NCBI GenBank assembly: GCA_002269645.1
Contig: NIVC01002665.1
Span: 86,901 to 150,900, forward strand
DNA: 64,000 nt
Source of the DNA: Macrostomum lignano
Lineage: Eukaryota
Direction: 5' to 3'
The notes beneath the pieces were generated by a model that worked only from the letters and a program-made list of their open reading frames with translations, was not told the origin of the DNA and did no database searches. Position 1 is the stretch's first letter. Every line of letters begins with the position of its first letter. This document shows, piece by piece, positions 30,101 to 64,000 of the stretch. The translations under genes were made by a program, and so were the position numbers.

Positions 30101-32551
30101 GCCGATCAGAAGGCAGCCAACGAGAAGCTTGGCAAGAAGATCCGGGAGCAGAGCCGGGCAATAGCGGCCCTGCAGCAGGAGCGGGACAAGCTGGCCGACC
30201 AGGCTGAGCAGCTGCGCGGCCAGCTCGGCCAGGCCAAGCCGGTGGATCTGGACAAATTCCGGGCCTTGCAAAGCCATTCGGCTCAGCAGCAGGCGCTGCT
30301 CAACCAGCTGAGAACTCGGCTGCACGACTGCGAGCTGGGCGACACGGATCGGGCGGCGGCGCTGGAGGAGCTGCACGGCCGGCTGCGGGACAGCACCGAC
30401 TCTGTGAGCCGGCTGAACCAGCAGATTAACCAGCTGCAGAAGGAGAACCGGCAGCTGCGCAGCGAGCTGGAGCGGGAGAGGCTGGCCGCGCAGTCCTACA
30501 GGGTGCAGGCGGAGAGCCGCGACCAGACTGTCGGCGCGTTGAAGGCGCAGCTTGAGGCGCGGGCGTTTCAGGTGTTCTTCGACGATCAGGCGGTGAGCAG
30601 GGAGGCTCGGGCCCGGTTTGTCTTTAACTTTAAAATCTAATCTGTTGGTGTGTACTTTTGGTGACCCTAAATGACCCTCAATAGGATGCCAGGTGCTTTT
30701 AAAAGCGACCAGAGAAGTGTGAGAGGTTTTATAGTTATATTATAACCTTGTATTTAATTAGCCATAAACTTTCAGTGAGACTGAGGACTGAAGCTAGTCA
30801 TTACCTTGAGATGACCTCTGAGCAACCAGAGAGTGACCTTAGTGACAACCAAAGAGTGACCTTAGTGACAACCAAAGAGTGACCTTAGTGACAACCAAAG
30901 AGTGACCTTAGTGACAACCAAAGAGTGACCTTAGTGGCAACCAAAGAGTGACCTTAGTGACAACCAAAGAGTGACCTTAGTGGCAACCAAAGAGTGACCT
31001 TAGTGACAACCAAAGAGTGACCTTAGTGACAACCAAAGAGTGACCTTAGTGACAACCAAAGAGTGACCTTAGTGGCAACCAAAGAGTGACCTTAGTGGCA
31101 ACCAAAGAGTGACCTTAGTGGCAACCAAAGAGTGACCTTAGTGGCAACCAAAGAGTGACCTTAGTGGCAACCAAAGAGTGACCTTAGTGGCAACCAAAGA
31201 GTGACCTTAGTGACAACCAAAGAGTGACCTTACGGGCAACCAAAGAGTGACCTTAGTGGCAACCAAAGAGTGACCTTAGTGGCAACCAGACAGTGGTCCT
31301 AAGAACTGAAGTTATAAAAAGTAAAAACAACAATGAGATGATGACCTTAGCGATGACCTGAGAGTGGCTGAAGTTATAGTGATGACCTTTAAATGACCCC
31401 GTTGGTGGTGAACAGAAGCAATTGGAAAGTTTTCTTAATAAGGCATTTTTATAAGATATTAAAAATATTCACGCGAATATTTCTAGTGCTAAAACTTTCC
31501 TCTGATTTTCCCCTTTGTCTTATATTGTTATTTCCAACTCCTTTCCCGTTTCATCTTGCATTGATTAGATTAGTCGGCTCGCATGCCCAGCACAAACCCG
31601 ATAGTTTATTAAGATGCACATGTACACTATAAATTTAGTGTGCTATTAGTTTAAAATATTTTAGCTCTTTGTTACTGATTAAAATTTCATTTCAGGCCGC
31701 CAATCTTGGTTTGTCCAACGTTGATCGAGAAAAAGTACGTTGCTTACTCTACAGCCTACTTATTAGTAGAAATGCGTGAATACTTAACCTATTTTTATTT
31801 TTCTTTATCAATTTACTTTACTGTACTAACACTAAAAAGTGCTAATTTATTCTAATTTAAGCTTGTTTAGGGATACTTTGTTGATCCCATGTACCCCCTG
31901 TTGGAGCCCCTGATAACCCCTGTTGGCGCCACAAATAAGCCTATCATGAAGTTGACCCTTGTAGCCTCGCAAATTTTACTTCTTTAATATTCAGATTCGC
32001 TCCGCTGTTGAAAGCGCGATGAAGGAGGCTGGAGTGTCCGATGCGAGCCAGCTGGACAAGAACTACTGGATTAGCCGGTGTAGCGAGGTGAGCAGCTCTC
32101 ACAACATTGAGTTGGGTTGAGTTGGGTCACAACACAGACTTGATTTGGGCTAAAGCGATTTCATTTGAACTTTGCCATTTCAGTCAGTCCCTCTTGAGCC
32201 TTGGCATCTCAGTAATTCCCCCTTGAGCCTTGGCATCTGAGTAATTCCCCCCTTGAGTCTTGGCATCTCAGTTATTCCCCCTTGAGTCTTGGCATCTCAG
32301 TAATTCCTCCCTTGAGTCTTGGCATCTGAATAATTCCCCCTTGAGTCTTGGCATCTGAGTAATTCCCCCCTTGAGTCTTGGCATCCCAGCAATTTATTAA
32401 GGTATTTTCGCCTTAATTAGCTCAGCCCGGGCCAATATTTCAGCTGTCAGGCCAGCTGCAGCGGAGCGGCGAGTACTGGGGCGACAAAGTCCGCGAGCTG
32501 TCCGCCCGGCTCGAGCGAGCATCTCAAGCTGACGCGTCCAAGCAGCCGTGA
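6176..32551 (+). CDS. Very large coiled-coil protein (~2,270 aa from ATG 6209), PMFBP1-like C-terminus
   Basis: Exons joined in frame at GT-AG sites: 6176/6209-6514, 7372-7575, 8841-9107, 10449-10511, 12543 (or 12500/12504)-12650, 14646-14783, 14943-15185, 16326-16388, 18358-18525, 19022-19198, 19348-19769, 19954-20335, 20782-21033, 21445-21540, 21619-21702, 22430-22834, 24285-24704, 25169-25741, 26367-26740, 27417-28125, 28740-29174, 29912-30592, 31696-31734, 31995-32087, 32444-32551 (TGA). Sequence is E/Q/R/L/A heptad-rich. VVSNVNTWVADQKAANEKLGKKIREQ resembles recalled PMFBP1 [26 protein letters not shown]. The acceptor at 6175 implies an unresolved upstream exon. Linkage of the first four exons to the rest is less certain. 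Confidence 0.8.
6813..7090 (+). mobile_element. tRNA-derived SINE with CORE-like central domain
   Basis: A box TAGCCTAGTGG and B box GGTTCGATTC, followed by TTGTGTCCTTGAGCAAGACACTTAAC..CTGTAAAATGGG, which resembles the CORE domain of MIR/AFC SINEs. The 3' end is approximate. Confidence 0.75.
7700..7945. repeat. 30 bp minisatellite (GGGGGCGCCTATTCACATAGTTCTATACTA)
   Basis: Tandem units in an intron. Confidence 0.95.
8354..8642. repeat. 17-18 bp minisatellite (CCCCACGATGGCGCTTC)
   Basis: Tandem units in an intron. Confidence 0.95.
9293..10292. repeat. 48 bp minisatellite (GCTGAGCTGCCCGTGTCTCAGGTAGATGAGATCAGGTAGCTTTCAGCG)
   Basis: About 20 tandem units in an intron. Confidence 0.97.
10660..11235. 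repeat. 24 bp minisatellite (GTCTGACACACATTGTGGGCCATA)
   Basis: Tandem units in an intron. Confidence 0.97.
12735..14510. repeat. 21 bp minisatellite (GTAGATCTGCGATTCTATCTT)
   Basis: About 80 tandem units in an intron. Confidence 0.98.
15224..16265. repeat. 23-24 bp purine-rich minisatellite (GGGATCAGACAGTGAGAGGGAGAG)
   Basis: Tandem units in an intron. Confidence 0.97.
16585..18150. repeat. 33 bp minisatellite with shorter variant units (CCCAATATCCCTCAGAGACTCCAAAGCCACAAC)
   Basis: Tandem units in an intron. Confidence 0.97.
18705..19010. repeat. CT-rich ~21 bp minisatellite (CTCACCCCTCACTCTCCCCAT)
   Basis: Tandem units just upstream of the acceptor at 19021. Confidence 0.9.
20385..20762. 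repeat. 16 bp minisatellite (CACCCCAATCACCCAC)
   Basis: Tandem units in an intron. Confidence 0.93.
21062..21335. repeat. Degenerate copy of the 21 bp GTAGATCTGCGATTCTATCTT minisatellite family
   Basis: Same core unit as 12735-14510. Confidence 0.9.
21770..22385. repeat. 22 bp minisatellite (CATAATAACCCGAATCACCCAC)
   Basis: Tandem units in an intron. Confidence 0.96.
22930..24170. repeat. 26 bp minisatellite (GAGTTTGAGGGGATGGCGGCCAGCCC)
   Basis: Tandem units in an intron. Confidence 0.97.
24730..25138. repeat. GGATG/GGATCACAC compound minisatellite
   Basis: Tandem variant units in an intron. Confidence 0.9.
25885..26235. repeat. ~37 bp minisatellite (GTTCTAAAAACCCTACCCCCAGTGTACATTTCCCCCA)
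   Basis: Tandem units in an intron. Confidence 0.93.
26820..27043. repeat. 19 bp minisatellite (GCTCAGCAGTAAACCGGTA)
   Basis: About 11 near-perfect units. Confidence 0.97.
27044..27335 (+). mobile_element. Diverged, 5'-eroded copy of tRNA-derived SINE family A
   Basis: B box GGTTCGATTCC. Shares CCAACCCCCAAGG, GTGTACATGCC, GCTGTACAC and GCGGAATGGGCAG blocks with 28310-28670. Confidence 0.75.
28310..28670 (+). mobile_element. tRNA-derived SINE family A (~360 bp)
   Basis: A box TAGTCTAGTGG and B box GGCTCGATTCC. Flanked by near-identical GTTGTACTAACCTG (28296-28309) and GTTATACTGACCTG (28671-28684), a probable TSD. Homologous copies lie at 41130-41462 and 61240-61597. Confidence 0.85.
29235..29885. 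repeat. 14 bp minisatellite (CCTTCCAGCCTCAT)
   Basis: Tandem units in an intron. Confidence 0.97.
30825..31290. repeat. 23 bp minisatellite (GTGACCTTAGTGACAACCAAAGA)
   Basis: Tandem units in an intron. Confidence 0.97.
32188..32390. repeat. ~31 bp minisatellite (CCCTTGAGTCTTGGCATCTCAGTAATTCCCC)
   Basis: Tandem units in the last intron; related to 2368-2770. Confidence 0.92.
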
Positions 32552-33669
32552 ATGCCGGCCGAATATCAGCTGATTAAATCCGATTCGAATTTCCAATCAG
32601 CCTTTGTATTTTTATACAGTAGTGTAGCCGTCCAAATACCTGTAGCTCTTCCTCTGAACAAAGTTGTCTGTCTGTCTGCCTGCATGCCTTCTCATAAACA
32701 GTCGGATTATAAACTCACAAAAAACAAGTCTATTTTTCTTTACCAAATTGATTAAAAATCTTTTAATTGATTCTGCTCTGTAGCTTAAGGATTTACATTG
32801 ATCTGATTGTTAAACAAAAGTTGCTTTGTCAAGGTTCGCTACCATTTGTTTTACTTTACCAATGTTAATGCCTGACTGAATTGTCTGAGATTGTGGCTGG
32901 CCTGCAAGCTCACCCTCAATCTGCTGTGTTGCTTTTTTATGTCCTTTTCAAGCTGAGATTAAAAATCGCGACAGATGTTCTTGACGTGAACAACAGAAGT
33001 ATAGAAGGACCCTATTCTGGGTTTCCTTAGAAATGAGCCAGAGGGAGGTAAGGAGCCTACATGTATTTGAGAACGCATTGCGCTTAATGGGGTTTCGGCC
33101 ATAGACAAATTCAGCGAAGAGTGACCCGATTTCTCCAGAGCATTCTAGTTTAGTTATCCAATAGTGCTTTATACACTACTTAGTTTAGTGTGAATAGCAC
33201 ATTAGTCTGCATAGAATGTTTATATAAATTCTCTATTAGTGTCGAACATGCGATTGTTCACTTTACAGGTTAAAGGCTCAGAAAATGTACATCAATATTG
33301 CCTACGCCTACACAAAAGCATACTAATATAATAATAAAGATATGGCATTTTTGAAATAAAAATTAATGAATAGATCTTGTAGTAGAAATCAATTTTAGCT
33401 TGTTCTTCGGGTTGCGCATATTTCTGTCTATATCAATTACTCTGAATTAGTTTGATCAAGCACTTGACTGTACAATATGCTTCACCTGTAAGCCGCTAGC
33501 TTTTAACTAAATAAATTTATACATCATCGTGATAACATTAATGAATTTGTACCATTGTTCTCCTGCATACATACTCTTTACATACTATTCATCTTTCTTT
33601 TGTGATGTTTTTTTAGTTTGGAGTCTGTTAGTAATCATTTCTCTGAATAAAATATTCCTTAAAAGAACT

Positions 33670-34170
33670 CACTGAAGATCTGGACTGGATGCAGTGACTG
33701 AAGATCTGGGCTGGATGCAGTGACTGAAGATCTGGGCTGGATGCAGTGACTGAAGATCTGGGCTGGATGCAGTGACTGAAGATCTGGGCTGGATGCAGTG
33801 ACTGAAGATCTGGGCTGGATGCAGTGACTGAAGATCTGGGCTGGATGCAGTGACTGAAGATCTGGGCTGGATGCAGTGACTGAAGATCTGGGCTGGATGC
33901 AGTGACTGAAGATCTGGGCTGGATGCAGTGACTGAAGATCTGGGCTGGATGCAGTGACTGAAGATCTGGGCTGGATGCAGTGACTGAAGATCTGGGCTGG
34001 ATGCAGTGACTGAAGATCTGGGCTGGATGCAGTGACTGAAGATCTGGGCTGGATGCAGTGACTGAAGATCTGGGCTGGATGCAGTGACTGAAGATCTGGA
34101 CTGGATGCAGTGACTGAAGATCTGGGCTGGATGCAGTGACTGAGGATCTGGGCTGGATGCAGTGACTGAG
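33670..34170. repeat. 26 bp minisatellite (GGATGCAGTGACTGAAGATCTGGGCT)
   Basis: Near-perfect tandem units. Confidence 0.98.
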
Positions 34171-34399
34171 TTAGGGGACATCAAAGATTCAGGACTGGAC
34201 ACAGTTTGTTTAAATTTTCAGACGAGAATAGCAGATCGGTGACTGGCCAGTGAAGCTAAAAGAACGGATTTAAATGTTCAAAAGAATCGGAAGTTCGATC
34301 AGAATTGTACTTTTAAATCCGCGCCATAATTATTGAAATTGTTTATTTTATTAGTTAATACGTTCTTCAAATCGGAGAACAAAGACTTAAAACGACACA

Positions 34400-34875
34400 A
34401 AAGCCGCTCTGTTCTTATCAAAACCCGCTCTGTTCTCATCAAAACCCGCTCTGTTCTTATCAAAACCCGCTCTGTTCTCATCAAAACCCGCTCTGTTCTT
34501 ATCAAAACCCGCTCTGTTCTCATCAAAAGCCGCTCTGTTCTCATCAAAACCCGCTCTGTTCTCATCAAAACCCGCTCTGTTCTCATCAAAACCCGCTCTG
34601 TTCTCATCAAAAGCCGCTCTGTTCTCATCAAAAGCCGCTCTGTTCTCATCAAAAGCCGCTCTGTTCTCATCAAAAGCCGCTCTGTTCTCATCAAAAGCCG
34701 CTCTGTTCTCATCAAAATCCGCTTTGTTCTCATCAAAAGCCGCTCTGTTCTCATCAAAATCCGCTTTGTTCTCATCAAAAGCCGCTCTGTTCTCATCAAA
34801 AGCCGCTCTGTTCTCATCAAAAGCCGCTCTGTTCTCATCAAAAGCCGCTCTGTTCTCATCAAAAGCCGCTATGTT
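34400..34875. repeat. 21 bp minisatellite (AAAAGCCGCTCTGTTCTCATC)
   Basis: Tandem units directly 3' of the small Cys-rich ORF. Confidence 0.97.
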
Positions 34876-34890
34876 CTAATCTCAGTCAGA

Positions 34891-35229
<339 letters not shown>

Positions 35230-35452
35230 TTAAGCAAATTCTTTGTATTTTATCGTTTTGTTAACGTAGCTATGTGCAGATTATTGTAGTTGGGTGTGTT
35301 ATGAAATACCAAATATCATCTCAGCTGTCGACCTCTATGGGCCAGATGCTATTTTTAGAACTTCCATTTTCTTGTTTTTTACGTCCAGTTTAAAAATGAT
35401 TTGTTATCTAAAAACTCAATGTGATTAGGAAATTCAATTATGTTTATTATCG

Positions 35453-62129
<26,677 letters not shown>

Positions 62130-63504
62130 GCAGAAGCAGCAGCACTTCTTGGTTGAGACCAAACAGATTTGGAGACTGAGAGAAGAGAAGGTTGGCGGCG
62201 CGCTTTCTGTTTATTTGTTTTTTAGTTTGTCAATAGTTGAAACCTTGACTACTCGAGAGTTACAATAAAACTGACTAATTAGTTCGGATTGTACAAGAAA
62301 TAGAAAAAAAAGAGAAAATTCAATGAATCCATTTTTCTGTTGAACTGCTCTTTAATTTCCCGTATTCCAATATTTATCCCAATATATTGCTACTATTTTT
62401 ATATAATTTCTCTGTTAAAATATTTGTAGCTTTATTCTGCAAAAACAGAAGTTTTTTTCCTAAACAGTTTTTCAAAATTGATTTGTTGTTTGTTCATCAG
62501 CTATGAATATCCTTTGGACGATTACGATTATCTTATATTGTTATCTTGAGGATAATAAGATTTCTTCGCTCCTACTTTGTTTGGGTTTAGTAATAAGTAG
62601 TATCTAAAGCTTCTTTCTTACAATTTTAGTTATAAAAATAAATATGAAGATGAATAAAATTGCGCCGGTCTCTGGTACTGGTAACGATTTATCTATTTAT
62701 TTCTGCTCTATATCTTCATATTCTGTGTACAGACCTTATATATGCGTACTACTGGTATAAATGCAGAATTTATAATTAAGTACATTAACTGACAGTGTTC
62801 GTTGCGAGGGGTAGACTCGCCAATTGGCAGAATAACTTCTTTATTGTCCCACTATTTGTATTGGATTTATTCAGATGCTGATTGCGGCAAGCCCTCTTGG
62901 TCGCATTGTGCCCCCTCTCTGTACTATTAAACAGTACAAATTATTATAATATATGGATGTACTAGCTGCTTCATCAACTATATCTAATTACTGTGATTAC
63001 GACTGCACAGTGTCTCTATTACTTATTAACATATTCATATATCTACTTCGCTATAATTGTCCTATTAAAATGAAAAATAAAAAAGCAACCAGTTTTTTAT
63101 TTTAATATAATTACGAGTAGCATAATGCAAAAGAATATATTTCTGTCATTTTCTGTTGCACATTAATAAAATACGAGGTGAAAAATTGTGTTCTCTAATT
63201 TGTGCTAAAACAATCAGCTTTGTGGGTTGTATGAACACCAGTCCAATTGCAGCAGTTGACCTTGACTTTCAAATCTTCTGACAAGCCTCTAGAAAATTTT
63301 TGTGCTCAAGCTCGATCAAAGCGGAATCGAAACCGGGATTTCGGTGCGAGAGCCACCGGTTTTGTCCTCTTGGAAAGGAAGAGAATCATTGTTTTCTTAA
63401 ATGATATTGTTCTGCTCTTTGAACATACTGTACAAAATTTCTATATACATTGGATCTCAGCCGTTGCCGGTTTGTAAATAAAGTGCATTCGCTAAATATG
63501 CATT

Positions 63505-64000
63505 GGCTACTCGGGCGCCGATATCTCCATAGTGGTTCGCGACGCCCTAATGATGCCCGTGCGCAAAGTGCAAAACGCCACTCATTTCAAGCGCGTCTCC
63601 GGGCCTTCCCGCAAAGATCCAGGCGTGATCGTGCACGACCTGCTGACTCCGTGCAGCCCGGGCGAGCCTGGCGCTATCGAAATGTCCTGGACGACATCGA
63701 AGGCGACAAGCTGCTGGAGCCGATGATGACTATGCAGGAAGTGCTGCTCAGTCTTAGCCGAACCAAGCCCACTGTTAATAGACGAAGATCTCGAACAGTT
63801 GAAGAGTTTCGAACGACTTTGGTCAGAGAAGGCTAAGCAGAAACAGCAGCACTTCTTGTTGAGAGCAAACAGATTTGGAGACTGAGAGAAGAGAAGGTTG
63901 GGGCGCGCTTTCTGTTTATATTGTTTTTTAGTTTGTCAATAGTTGAAACTTGACTACTCGAGAGTTACAATAAAACTGACTAATTAGTTCGGATTGTCCA
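63505..64000 (+). pseudogene. Partial duplicate of VPS4 last exon and 3' UTR with frameshifting indels
   Basis: Aligns to 61797 onward (offset 1708). It lacks the splice acceptor and has several 1-bp indels after ~63690. Confidence 0.8.

Noticed and set aside
19519-30376. Minus-strand ORFs overlapping coiled-coil exons (e.g. 27430-28227, 29816-30376)
   Set aside because: Antisense shadows of GC-rich CAG/GAG/CTG-rich coding exons.
32950-33140. Open minus-strand frame (GEIGSLFAEFVYGRNPIK..)
   Set aside because: Short, no recognisable motif, and could not be joined to any gene model.

Overview
This is eukaryotic (metazoan) genomic DNA with GC-rich exons, AT-rich spacers, GT-AG introns, and minisatellites or SINEs in most long introns. 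The style suggests a free-living flatworm such as Macrostomum, but that is inference only. Four host genes can be spliced by hand. (1) WDR13 on the minus strand runs off the left edge. (2) A ~26 kb, ~25-exon gene on the plus strand encodes a ~2,270-aa coiled-coil protein with a PMFBP1-like C-terminus. (3) CEP89 is on the minus strand. (4) VPS4 is on the plus strand, head-to-head with CEP89; its 15-nt first coding exon is followed by a 14.6 kb intron. That intron holds a 2 kb non-autonomous hAT element, a mariner-type MITE and a decayed 7.6 kb hAT-like (hATw-type, 7-bp TSD) transposon. The decayed transposase appears to end in an RG-rich linker plus a Spindlin/Ssty-like Tudor domain, and the element carries a second, unknown spliced gene. 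An unrecognised 110-aa Cys-rich surface-protein ORF sits 230 bp downstream of CEP89. A partial, indel-rich duplicate of the last VPS4 exon ends the window. All homology calls come from recalled sequence motifs, not database searches. Repeat boundaries are approximate (about +/-20 bp).
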